This document shows positions 23,496 through 61,200 of a stretch of 64,000 nt of DNA, one piece after another (within the stretch, counting starts at the first letter, position 1; the number at the start of each line of letters is the position of its first letter). The position numbers were made by a program, and so were the translations under genes. Under the pieces are notes generated by a model. That model saw nothing but the letters and a program-made list of their open reading frames with translations. It had not been told where the DNA came from and searched no databases. Source of the DNA: Bugula neritina (lineage: Eukaryota; Animalia; Bryozoa); NCBI GenBank assembly GCA_964035545.1, contig OZ037765.1, forward strand, positions 11,976,698 to 12,040,697. Reading direction: 5' to 3'.

Positions 23496-26400
23496 ATGGA
23501 CCCTCTGGACAAGCGAAAAATTATACATGATGGTCAAGCAGTGCCTGCAATTGTATGTGAGCTATTGTTTTTATGGTAACCTGTACAATATCTTAGTCTT
23601 CATTCACTATTGTTACGGTTTTGAAACTATGCTGTCTATTATTACAATGTTCTAGGATAGTTACTGGGTCAAGGATATCTCATTTTTACCATTCTCACTC
23701 CTTGGGGCCTCAAATACCAAGGAACAAATAGATGATTGGCTAAATGCTACTGACCTTCTATTGGATGACCTTCAGCTTCTTCTTCACGAACCTTGCCATG
23801 TGTTTTGGAGTCATCTCATATTTGATGAATCTCTAAGAACATCCCTAGACAGTTTTCTCAAGCTTATGCCAAGGTAATATTTTTATCACATGTCGGTTTG
23901 GAGTTTGAAACATTTATTGCCGATAAAGCAGGAAGTATAATGGTGTAGTTATTTGTATTCTGTAGATTATACAGCTTCTGTTGTACCTATCTGATGGACA
24001 ACGCTGTGTATGGAATCAAAAATTGCTTTTGCTAACAAGCTTTTTCAGTCTGACTGCATCATATTTGAATAATTGTAAAAATCAAACAACCCATTGGTAT
24101 TTTAGGCATTTTGATGGTGAGGTAACGGAAACAGTCATACATAAACAAGTTCAGAAGTTGTATCAAGCATATTTCAAAGTATTTATAAGAATGACTACTT
24201 GTAAGGAATCTTCATCTGACTACATAACTCCTGAAGTGTTTGGCATTATTCTGTATGAAAACTACATCCTCGATATTCCGAAACTTATGGACATGTGCAT
24301 TATATTTTCTCCTTCAAACGACTCTTTACTTGGTAAAATGATAGACAATGTCTTCAAACATCAGCCAAAGTACCTGGATGATGTACTGGCCGCAGCACCA
24401 TCTATTATAAATGTATGTACAATTTAGTCGACATTATATATTTTTAAAATGATATGCTGCATGCATGTATAGATTATCTAACTAGAGTTGTGTTTGGCAT
24501 TTCATCTAAATTAAATCATGGCTGTGATTAAAGAGCTACAAGGGTACAAGTCACTGCATCATTTGCCTTTGTAAGCTGCTAGTTGTCATTTAAGTTGAAC
24601 GAAATCTTCAGTTTTAGTCAACTATGTTAGGTAATCTCTTGACTAATCGATATTTTTTCAGGATTATCAAAGTAAAGTTTTCTTAATATAACTACTGCTG
24701 ACTATTTGCCAGATGTTTGAAAAACTTATTGAGAAGCTAACTGACAACAAGCTGACAGTACCCCGTGGCCTTATCGCTCCAAATCCTGAAACTTCAACAG
24801 CACAAGCAGACATTGTAGATCTTTGCCTCTACTCCTCTGACATATGTCATTCTGTCAACGCGTTTCTACAACACTGTCCACCTGCCTGTTTGGCATTCCA
24901 TAATCCTTCTTTTTATAAAGTGTAAGTTAGACATGTTCTTAGTATAAGCTCATGCAATTTTGTGAAAACTTGCAAGTTATTTTGTAGTTGCAGTATTTCG
25001 CTCATACATTTCTCCATGTTTTATATGTATTCAATAAAAGCCATTTGTTGAAAGCTGAAAGACTGTAAGCATTTCACCAACGAAATGTTAATATTTAAAG
25101 TTTTTAATTTCATATAATATTATGTTATAGTCTGAGTAATTACTATGAAGATGTCCTCCACTGCCTGTTGATTCAGCTAGAGTCATCACATATTTGGTAA
25201 GATTATTTTATACAAATGCAGTTTATGTAGCTATTCTTTTGTTGCTTTGAGGTGTCACTTTATTTGCTATGACTTTAGTGAATCTGATCAACTGAAGATG
25301 TACGACAGATTGAACACTGCGCAAGAAGAATGCGTCTCATTGTTTAGACAAGTTTTGTTTGCTGCCACACTGGAGCAAGCAAATGCACACAGGTATAATT
25401 TTCAATAAATCCTAATATTCTGATGTGTTCATCACAACCAGTTGATTGTAAATACCGAATTGTTCAGTCTCCCAATGCAGTCAGCCAAAACATTATGTTA
25501 TTTTCAATTGCAGCGAAAAATGTGATTTACTTATTCAAGAATTTTATGACATTCTCACTGAGCACCTTGGAGAATACAGGTATGTCATTTTATCTTGCCT
25601 CAGACAAATTCAAGGGCTTATATAGGCATTAAAAATTATTCACAACAAAAATATTAGGAAATCTGCTCTGTTTTTGGGTTTTGTATCAATGTTTGGAACG
25701 TTGGTAAAAAAAATTTTTGTAATACTAATTGTTGAATGCATGACAAGCATGTGGGCTTAACCACTGTGCCAATAAAGTCCAACGTTTTCAATAGAGTAAC
25801 TACAACTGATTTTCTCTAAAACTACATTTCGATGCCATTGAATAATTACAGCATTTACTCTCTTGTTAGTAGAAAAGCTCTTTTACTTTCATTTGATAAA
25901 CTTTTTGCAACATTTTAAACATCGCCTGGGGGTATTGGTGTACTTATTTATTTGTTGATATATGTTATTTGCTTGAAAATAATCTTTAAAATCTTTGCAG
26001 TTATATATAAAGTGTTATTAATAATGCTCAAAATTATACACTTCTTCTCAAAGTTTCTGCTTTTTCTCACCTGAGTTTTTATTAACAATCGATTTCAACT
26101 TTTAGCCATTGCAAATATATTTACCTGCAGTGCATAATGGTATCGTTACAGGTTTATTGGTCACTATTCTTTGAAATATCCGTTTACTGAGGACATAGAA
26201 TATATCAACAGCATCAATTCCAAGAGGTTTGATACAATTATACTGACCGTGATTCTTGTAATGTTATTATAGTAATTTTAAAATGTATAGTCTTGGGAAA
26301 GTAGCTCTCGATTGGAGTTGCAAACCCTTTCATAGTGTAGAAGTAGCTTTCTTCGCTCCTTTAGAGTTTAAGAATTCAAATATTGCTAGTAGTACTGGTG

Positions 26401-29167
26401 TGTGATAAATGAATAGATGCACCCTTCATGAAATAAAGGCTCATTGATTATATTCATTCACATTTTCTGCCTAAAATATTATTATTTAAAATGTCTTCTG
26501 TCACCCAGGATCATTGGGCAGCTTCAGACTCACTGATTCTTGCTGACATAACATTTTGTTAACTGAGACAATATGTTGAAAGTGTGTCACTTTATCTTAC
26601 GCTAAGCTATCATAAAGTTCATTGTTAGTTTATACACAAATTTACAAGTCGTCTGGTTGTATGAAAAGCCATGTGGTAAAAAAACTTTAATGTCTATTTT
26701 AATATCTACTGCACTATCAAGTCATCAGTACCCTACAATGCATACGTCATCCTTGACATTTGTTACTAAATGTACCTGCATTAGTGCAAATGCAATGGTG
26801 CAAGTTCTTTTAAATTAAACTTTAAAATAAAAATTTTTTTTCAGTTTACTTAGTCAATTTTTCATTTATTTTTTGAGCAAGAAAAAAGCATGCATTATAA
26901 AGACGATCATATTTCTCTCAAACCAACTATAAATTTATGATAGTATAGCTTAACTTTACTTTGAGATATTTTAAAATTTTGATTTATTGTAGTGATCAAA
27001 CTCGGCAGCAATTTATCCTTGATGGATTATCATTGGCAATTGAAGTTTTTCTGGAGCAGCAGAATGCAGTAGACAAAGATGTGAGATTACATTGTGGATC
27101 ATATGAGATTTTATTTATAAAAAAAAGCCTAAATGAATATAGACAATGTTTTAGCAGTTAATTATTCGTACAAGTTGATGAAGTTTATTTTAATTCTCTC
27201 TGCTAGTTGTATATCAGTTTTATTTATTGTATGTGTCACCTTTAGAGTAAGTCTTAGCATCATTATTCCAGATTAATTGAAGCGGGTTTTTCGAGCTTCA
27301 ACCTTTTACAAAGTGTGATGAAATATATTTATATGTATAAAGCATGTTTTTGTTATGGTGTTTTGTATACTTCTTAAATAGGCGACTCAAAACGAAATAG
27401 CGTCTGCTAATGGTGGTGTTGATCCATCTGAAACTGTAAAGGATACTGCATCTGCAGCTGAAGCAACGGTCAAACCAAGTATTCCATCCCAACTTAAGTC
27501 TATATTAGACATGTTTCCAGACTATGGTGAAGGTTTTATACAAGTAAATATCTTATTTTGATTTATACAAATGCATAATTTGCATGAAAAAATGATAAAA
27601 TATTGGCCTTAATGTTAGCTTTTAGGCATTTTAAACGAAGTTTGATATTTTACTATGCTGACGGAATTTTTCTACTACTATACTAATTGCTACGTTTTTA
27701 TGTCAAAGAAAATTACTGTCTGCCAATATCTGGAAACGAACCATGTTCTATGTAGTATGCGCACAGCATTTTCTTTGCTGCCCTTCTTTGAATATGTTGG
27801 GCACGGTAATATTGATACATCAATACTGATGTATTATCTATATGTAAGTTTATAGCCGTTCATATGTTACTATGCTTTCAGATGTGCTTAGACCACTACA
27901 AGTCTGCTGATCATGTAATAAATGCCTTATTAGAGAATAGCTTGCCGCCGTTTCTATCCACTCTAGATCGGACTTTAGCAATGTAAGTAACATTATAATC
28001 TTTGTGACATCATATTTTTTTAGTCATGTTCCATGATACTTATTTAAGTATGTTTTAAGAATTTTTGTTTTATTAATGTTAGACCCCTCCAAGATGAAAC
28101 TCTGCTTACTTCAAGGAAAAATGTGTTTGATAATGATGAGTTTGATGTGTTCAGGAGCGGTAGAATTGATCATAGCAAAATACACAAAGGCAAACGGTGA
28201 GTCTGGATATGCAGATTAAAAATTAGAGTCGTTGGTAGCGAGTATTTTTTATGGTTGTGTTGATAAATTTCTGTATAGAAAGTCAGTCAAGTTGCATCAT
28301 CATTAAATATGAAAAGACTTTGTCACAAGATGATGCTGGTATTTTGTAGAGCTAATGTGTTAAAGGCTGAGGATGGCGCCTTTAAAGATAAAATTAAAGA
28401 GTTGGTTATAAACTGCGAGGAGCTATCGATAACAGACAATGCTCTGAATGGTGCTTATCAGGTGGCGGAAGGTGATATGTATGATGACGAATATGATGAC
28501 ACGTACGATGCCAATGAAGTGGGGGCTGATGACGCTGATGAAGCCCAGGAGTTAATGGGCCGGTAGTTCTTATACTTTATGTTGTAGAATCTTCCCGTAG
28601 TTAAAGTTTCTATTTCTATTAACATAAGATCCCACTAGTTCTCATTAGCTAGTTTTATTGGTTTGCTGTTCTAGCTAGTTAAGTGTCATGCTTGATGCAA
28701 CAAATTTTTCTAAACATAGAATTTTCATTGTAAATAATAAGCGGAATAAAAAGTATTTCCTCAAAAAATGTTACCTATAAGATAACTAGGTTCAAAATGA
28801 ATTGTATTGTTTTAGAAAATTAGTTGTGCCAGTTGCATTGGGTGGTTCAGGATTGGTTGAACAAGCGGATGACAATGAGAATGACGGCAAAGGTGCTGCT
28901 TATGTAAGTTCCATTACTGTAGATACAATAATTATGTTTCAATGTATTTGAAGTCAACTTGAATATATTATGTGGCTTGTATTTTCATAGCCGATGAAAC
29001 CGGTCACAGAAAAACCCAAATATGATGTCAAGGGCAGAGCAAAAGGTCAAGGTCAAACAGCTGAGGTTATTAAAAACAGAAACTTTAAAACTGCTCACAA
29101 AGCAAGGGGTGCAAATCATAACAGAAAAGCTGGTGCTAGAAGTAAAATGTCCAAAGGAATGTTTTGA
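23496..29167 (+). CDS. ASCC2: Activating signal cointegrator 1 complex subunit 2 (CUE-domain ubiquitin binder; ASCC/RQT complex)
   Basis: Exons 23496-23552, 23656-23873, 24106-24411, 24713-24922, 25131-25196, 25279-25392, 25514-25579, 26152-26226, 26993-27080, 27382-27543, 27882-27982, 28083-28196, 28350-28562, 28816-28903, 28991-29167 (edges +/-1-2 nt). Motifs: FIRMTTCKES..YITPEVFGIILYENYILDIPKLMDMC; CUE MFPDYGEGFIQMCLDHY..VINALLE; RKNVFDNDEFDVF; YDDEYDDTYD; ANHNRK..A..KMSKGM. Confidence 0.95.
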
Positions 29168-29368
29168 TGGAATAATTTTATTTTATCTTTTCGTCTATAT
29201 TTTTTGTCAAAAAATGTAACAACAATTATAAATGGAAACAACAAATCAGTTTTAATACACATTCTATATTTTTCTAATGAACCGTAGAAAGTGAATAGCG
29301 TGAATGACAAAGTAACAAGTAGCTGTAGTTCATAAATGTGGCAGCGCATATGTGTGTATTGTCAGCTG

Positions 29369-32300
29369 TTAGACTGATGCTTCGGTGAGCTTCTCTGTGA
29401 TAGTGAGTTGTGTCTTCGTCAAGTTTGATAGGTAAACCACCATTAGCAGATCCTGCAAGAAATCACAAGCTATGAGAAACCATTTCCAGTATCAAAATTT
29501 GCTAAGCAAACATTAAATTTTCTGGCACAAACCAATACAGTCCAATAATCAACTGTATGTGCCATGTAAATTGATGTTGAAGTATAGTATAATTGATACT
29601 TACTTTCATATTTGAATTTAGCATATTCTCGAAGTCTGCTGTATCAATTTTAGGAACAGCACTAATCAAGTTCATCAAATATCGGCCCATTGCTGGATCA
29701 GCAGGTCTTTGTCCATTCTATAAAATATCCGCTATAATATATGCGTCGTGATTTTTGGTCACTCAGCTGATATCTTTTAGCCAAAGACTCATTCAATAAT
29801 AAGGAATAACTAAGAATCACTGCATCACGAATTACACAAAACTGCTCTAGTAAAGTAATGACCTACCACTACATCATTCACATATTGCTGAATGACACTC
29901 AACATAGAGAGTAAGGAGTTGCACGCTCCTTCCACTTGCTCCATTCCACCACTAATAGCCACATTTCTTGATTTAGGCGATTTACCTTTTCGCATCAAAT
30001 TCACTAAAATATCCCCAACATATGATCAAATAGTTGCAAACAATTTTCTTTAAAATGATCCAATTTAGCTTCTAAAAGTCCGAAGGAATACCCTACTTAA
30101 CTGTATCAGTTGCAATGCATGCTTTGCCAGTACATGTAGTAGGGCTAGGTAATATTCATTAAAACTTAGTCCTATATTAGTAAGCTAATAAGAAGTAGTG
30201 TTGTTGAAGCAGGCAATCATAAATTAAAAAATCTAGAATTTGATATTCTAGAAAATTAGGGTAGCATTTCATATGGAAAAATAAGCAAAGGCTTAGTTTA
30301 CAGTTGAATTCTATTGGTACAAAATCACTGAATAAGACAATCAACAGTTATTCTACTTCAGTATGTATTTCTGCATTACTACACTAACACCAATTCTAGA
30401 GTTCTTGACTAGTAGAAATACATGAGCAATACTCACGGCCGATCTGCTCAGTTTCATAACAAACCAGTTCCACAGGAATAGGTGTGAACATTGAGCCCAT
30501 GGTTTTCCCTGGAATTCCTAGCGAAGCACTACAAACACATTGAAAAATGCTGAAGGCATTTAGTCCACATTATAACATCATTTGTATGTTTTAGCAGAAA
30601 TGTAAATAAAATCTCCATTTTTAAAAGCAGTAATTATTTTACCTAATATATGCTTTCATCCCCATTTCACCATTACGCAGGGTAGTGTCCACAGTCAAAT
30701 GAATAGGGTTTTTGGCTTCTCGGGTATAATATTCGTGAATAAGAACGGAGTGCTCCGTGACATCTGGCCCAGTAGAGTACCAGCCAACAACCACTTCGGC
30801 ACTGTTGACTTTTTTATGCAATTCATAGACTGTCTTGGCAAAGTCTATATCAACCGCCACCTAAATACAATAACATATTCTTGTTACTATGAAAAGCACT
30901 TTGCAAAAGTATAGCAGCTTAAACTCAGCACAGAAGTAGAGGATATCAAGTTGATACATTTCTCAAACTACAATTTTAGGTAATCATTAATAGGCAAACA
31001 GATAAAATGTTTCAGACATGTCATATTACAAACTTTCACACACTGTAAATAAAATAGGCCATTATAACTGCATTCTCAAAGTTAACAGAACTGAGTAGAT
31101 GCATTCAGTTCAGCAAATTCCCTAATAGACTACTTACTTCATCTTCCACTTCATTGTGTGGAACAGTAAATGAATTGGTGACTTCTACGGCACCAGTAGC
31201 ATCCACAGATCCTGCATATAAAAAAAGATAGATAAATATAGAATTAGAATAATTATATAAACGCATGAATTTAAACTATTCTTGGCCTATTCTAAATGGA
31301 GCAAGATTAGAAATATATTAAAATACCCTAATAAAGTGAACAGCTAGATTAGGTAGATTAGCAAGATGATCAGCGAGATGTCCTATTTTATTAACCTTGT
31401 TTTAAAATTGAGAGAAAATGTACTAAATTGCATAAAGCTTTGAAAATCAATATTTCTTTGGCAATAAAAGCTATACATTATCTAAAGAAATCCTACAATA
31501 ATAATCAGAATTAAGTTGCAGCTTCAAACATTCAATAAATCATGATGACAAAGCGTTTGTGCATAGCATATTAGTATGTTTTAGCAAGGAACTTCTTAAA
31601 CAGCGGTTAAAAAATTCTTCGCTTTGTGGGGCAGCAGTAATAGCCTAATTCAGTTTTGTAAACTCCACAGAAATTGAAAAGACTTTGACATCCTTATTCT
31701 GTTTTAAACAAATGTCGATCATTATGAATATTATAATTGATAAGTATTATATGCATTAAAAATAATATAGTTATATACGAACAGTAACTCTAAGAAATTT
31801 TGATTAAGAGTGAGTGGCAATGGTGAGCCCGATGGCGATAGGTCGATAGAAGCAGGTAAAATATAACGTAAACTATAGGACTAAATTAAGTATAATATTA
31901 ATTATAAATTAAAATAGATCCATTGCTAAATTTAACAGCAAATTTAATTAACTTACTCACAGTTACAGCTGGCGTTTAAAAGACAGAGTTTTGGAGTTGA
32001 CAGCTCGAAGAACAAAACTGAATCGTTGATGATTATGAACTTTGAAGTTCAAGTTGAAGTTAAGTAAGTTTAACTTTAAAGCTAAAGTGTAACTGTTATG
32101 AGTAACTGAAAGTGTAAAGGTTGAAATTAAAACTGTAATAGCTAAAGTTAAAACTGTTAAAGTAAAACTAAGTCTAATATTAATATTAATAGTAATAATA
32201 TCATTAATTCAAATTGTAAAGTTAAAACTAAAAGTCAAACTCAAAGTGATTGTGGAAGATAAGAAAGATTATAATACTACTACTAGTGTAACTGTAAGTC

Positions 32301-32462
32301 TATTACTGAAATCAATAACCCATAACCAATAAACTAAACATAATCCATACCTAATAAAGTCCCAATAACTCTTTGGGAATCTTCTGGTCGTCTTTCAAAT
32401 GAATCTACAATACTAAAAAGTACCACTGGATGAATTTTACACACACGCCTGTTCGCTGCCAT
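29369..32462 (-). CDS. EIF3F: Eukaryotic translation initiation factor 3 subunit F (MPN domain)
   Basis: Exons 32462-32351, ~31211-31138, 30860-30643, 30528-30437, 30003-29867, ~29717-29602, 29452-29369. Motifs: [92 protein letters not shown]. Confidence 0.97.
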
Positions 32463-34340
32463 TTTGAAGAACGTTGGCGTTAATTTTGGTTGGCGAACTC
32501 CTATAGAACACGTAATCAGAAAAGATAACTCCGCCATCATAAATTTACTCTATATGTACGTAATGTATGCAAGACTTCTTACAAGTTACATCCTTGTGTA
32601 AATAACAATCTCCTTTTTGGCTTCTCATATCAATTTTAACACTAGTTTCTTCAAACTATACTGACTGATGAGCAAGCAATATATTCAGCAACTTAGTATA
32701 ACAGATTACAATAAGTGTTATACTATTTCTGATATAAGCAAGTGTGAGGACATAGGCTAGTTGTTCCTAATTGGGAAGATAATTGCTTTCATTTCATGCA
32801 ATACCAACTAATATGCTATCTAAATGGTTGCACAAAATATACAACCAAACAAGCAAGCTAAAGATAAAATAAAACTTTAATTTGAATGCTTAGGTGAGTT
32901 TTATGAGCTTAAACAATATATTACTATATTGTAGAAATTGCACAACTTTCAATGGTAGTTGGTAGAATCAGCTGCTACATATTACAACAAAGTTGCACTC
33001 TTTAGCTAGATTTTGCTATAATAGAGAAGTAGCATGACAAAGATTAGCACAAAGAAAATGACGCTAGAATAATGTAACGTTGTTTTTGACTTGCCTACAA
33101 ACACCAACTCAGAAACTTATGCATTAATTGTATTGTATTTTTACACTTGAATATCTAGCACTTGGCTTCTGAACAGATATTAATACTGAACTCGCTTTAA
33201 TAAGCATCACCAGACTTTAATTGCTTTTATATTATTTTCATTGTCTAAGTTTTGCAACAGTCCTTCCTTAATTTTGAACTCAAACATATAAATTTAGCTT
33301 TTTGTATGTAGCCTATGCAACTTCTTCTTTAGAAACAAAAACATATTAGCATGCTGATTCAAATACATCTTAATAGAAATCTTGTTGAGTGTGGGTAACA
33401 CAATTTTATTGTCTGATTTTGAAATATAAAAAACCATTATAGTTTCGAGTTTGACAACTAGCATTGCATGTATTTCTAACACGAGTATAGAAAGACTTAG
33501 CATACTGCAGTAAGTCAGAGATCATTGTTTACAACTCACAACCTTTACTCCTTCCATACAAGCCGAGCAATAATTTGCACATAAAAATAGTCATATATCG
33601 TATACACCTGTTACAGCCTGTTTGAATTAAATTCCAAATAACAGCAATATAATATTCGTATTTATAACATGTTAATAATTATATAAGGTTGCCAATAAAT
33701 ACATTACTAGTATACACTACAACCCATAGCATTTTTTATCTATGAGTCAAGAGTTGCCAGCATCAACTTTAAGTATTAGAGTCTTGAAATTTAGATGCAA
33801 ATCTCTAACAGGTATCCTACTAACTTTCAATGAGTGAGCAAATTAAAATTGAAGAGAAGTGAAAACAGAACTTAAAAGTTCATAACTACCACAATTATTA
33901 AAAAAAACCTTCTTTCATTAAAATAATTAACAGTTAGTAAATGTAGCTATGTTGCCTGACAGCATATAACAGCAGATGAAAATTCATCGGAGTGTAAGTA
34001 AGTTGTAAAATCATGCCTATTTATCAAAGAACTAGTAAAAATCCATAGTTAATTTTTTATTTCCTTAAAAACCATACATCATAGTATATAAAAAGTTTGT
34101 TTTATACTGAAAATTGTCATGTGAAACAAAGAAGAAACCCCAAGAAAAATTTGCTCTTAAATCAAAAGGCACAAAGGCGTAGTATTCCACTATATGAAAC
34201 AGTGTATATAATACAGCACAAAGATGCCTTACAGCAAAGGCAAGTAACAACATGGTACTAGTAAGTGGTACTTTATTATAAGAAATGGCAGAGTGCTTCA
34301 CTTAAACAATATTACCCCAGGTAACATCTTCTGTAGGTTT

Positions 34341-58221
<23,881 letters not shown>

Positions 58222-61200
58222 AACGAGGATCAAAATATTATATGCACTTGCTGCTGTATCATTTATGTTTCTATTATATTATTACTCTTACTACTGCGTC
58301 TACTACTACCACTATTGAGCAGATTTCACTGCCAGCGATAACATCTGACAATCGTTAAATAGGTGACGTTCTTATAATGATAATCACATACAATTGAATT
58401 TGAGCAGTTAATGGAGCTGGACTATAAACAGTAAATAGCAAACAAAGAAGATAGAGTTATCGTATAGCATCTCAGCCAAGTGTGACTCTTCAGTGCGAGG
58501 CCCCTTCACCCAGCTTCGATTACAATAAGTGCAACCCTATACGTGCACAATAATACTTTCACTTGCGGTTGAGATAAGTAGGCTAGTTTTTCTAGTATCT
58601 CTGACAAGTATGATTCAGCAAGGGGGTTAAACAAGCAAGTTCATTGTGGTTCCGTTTTATGTGTTTGTTTTAAGCAAAGGTCTTTTGATTCACCTGTAAA
58701 ATGCATTGTGACCGTACACGCAGTGCAAAATAATTAGCAGTTAATTTGGTGATTGGTAGTTATCTCCCCCAAATCTTATCCAACATTTCCACCTTGGTGT
58801 GTTGTATCCCATGGGTAGGCTACTTTGTCTATACTTACGACATAGCTCAAGTACTATATATCAAACAAATGAAATATATTTTATAATCAGGTTAAAATAA
58901 TTATCAGTGAAAATTATGCTAGTCTAAATTTACAGCTTAAATCTTGGATAAAGAACTTTGGAACAATTAACTGACTGCTGAAATAGTTACATTTTGTCAT
59001 CTATCTGTTTGAAGGCTTTACAAAAACAAACCTTCTAATACTTCAAGTCTAAAATGTTTCTACTTGCAGCACTCTAATATGATAGTAATCATATGTGCCA
59101 TGCATATAACCTTATTAGCTGTTACTGCACTTCAACTTAAACATCTTTTTCTACATTCATAATTTAGGTTATTTATTGATTTGTTTTTTATTTTAAGTTA
59201 AAAAAAATATGTAGAATATTTTTTATGCTACTAAGCGAAAAAAGTTTGCTGCACACCATTTTTATAAGTTACTCACCTGCAGGACTGTATTTCTTGATGA
59301 TAGTTATAGCTTAAAAATTAACCAATTAGAATAGTTTGCTGAAGGCTTTTTAAAAAGTATAACAGTTTTCCAATGCCATATGAACTTATTAGAAGAATTA
59401 TTATTATATTATAGTCAATAATTCAATTACTCTAATATTCAAAAAGAGTTTTGAATTTTGATGGAGCTAAAATGTTTTTGTTGAAGTTGAAGACTAACAG
59501 AAATGAAAAACCCATGATATTTAGTGTAGCAAGGCTTAGTGACGTTTGCAGTTTTTAAACTAAAGCTATATAGTTATTCATTTCCTTATAGCCCATTTAA
59601 AGATGTGGTCTAAAATTTTAACTAAACCCAGTAACGTCTAAAATTCAAACATTAGAAAAAAATTAAGTAACGAAGCAACTTGAACATAAGACATGGAATA
59701 TTTTTTAATTTACGACAATGATATATGATATTATATAGGCCTACTGAAAAGTTTATATTGAAAATCATTGTAAATCACTGCATGTATGTGATGGAAAAAT
59801 ATTCAGGAAACTAATTTGCTTAAAATTGATTTTGAATTTGGAAATTTAATTTATATATATAAAAATCGAAAATAAATTGTACTTTTTTATTGCAGTTTAA
59901 TTTTAAATCTGCAGCATGACCATCTGGCATCTATAATTACTAACTATATGGTGACTCATACTTATATTATACTCATATTATATTAATATATTATTATATC
60001 ATAATTATTTTCTTATATAAACACTTTTGTACTTCCATTTTTCTTAATTATTACTAGGCCTTAAAGAGCAGCACAGTTTTGCTTTGAACAAGTTAGAAAC
60101 CTCTATAGTTTCAAAAAAAATTTTTTTGTAAACTAAACCTTTATATGCAGCTTTAAAACACACTTGGTAAGTTTGACAATACCGTATACAAATACATAAA
60201 ATTATTATAAGAAAAATTAAGCAAAGGTCTGCTTTTAATTTTCAATATCGAATTTCTTATCTCTACAGAAATCAACAAATGTTTTAGTTTGACAAATTTA
60301 CCAAATTAGGCTTGAAAAATTGTAAATTTTGTTGTAGAGCATACAAAGTTCAAACTCACATCGAGCACTAAATTTAACAGTGCTACTTAAATGCTATTAC
60401 TTGATTTTTATAGGCAACATTAGCAGTTATGAAGAAATGACTTGAAATGTAGTGCTATTATTACGGTAATAGAAATGTAATACTTTCATTATTGTAACAT
60501 TAAAGATATAATACTATTATTATTGAAATAATTTTCCAGAAGCATCAAAATAAATAATTAGTCTTGATACAATAAATAAACTTGCCAAAATAATTCCTGA
60601 TAGGGCAAACAGAAGTTATGTTTGAATATATGATGATCATGAGAATAATATTACTTCCAACAAAAGGCTGTATAATATGTGTGTAAGATTATAGAGTAAT
60701 TCTTATACATAATAACTCTTAACCATTAATGAAAATAACGTTGTTTTGAATTTAAACTCTGCTAATATGATGCAGTAGAGTTAGCAATAATCTCATAACC
60801 ACTACTTGCAAGTTTACAAACAGTTAGACTACAGGGTATTAGCTTGAGTTGAAGGTTCCCATTCTCTGTGCAATATTTAGTATATATAACTTCAATCAAT
60901 TATTATTTAAGAAATAAGAAGAAACTGCAATAAAGCACTACAACTCATAACTTGCGAAAATATTGATCATCTGCAGAATATGAAATTGGTTTGTTATAGA
61001 AGTTGGTACATTTATATTACAATTTCTGCTATACTTAAAGCATAAAGCTAACTAAATCCTATATATGGTGTATATATGAAATCATTTTTATAATAATTAT
61101 GAGTTGAATGAATATTGCAAATTGTAATAAATTATGATTACATCCAGGTCAATGCTATCAAGTAAGCTACGCATAACTAATAACATGGACTGTGTGTGAC

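Noticed and set aside
30699-30914. Antisense ORFs over coding exons (also 135-326, 42919-43119, 44460-44681, 63509-63697)
   Set aside because: Shadow ORFs opposite real exons.
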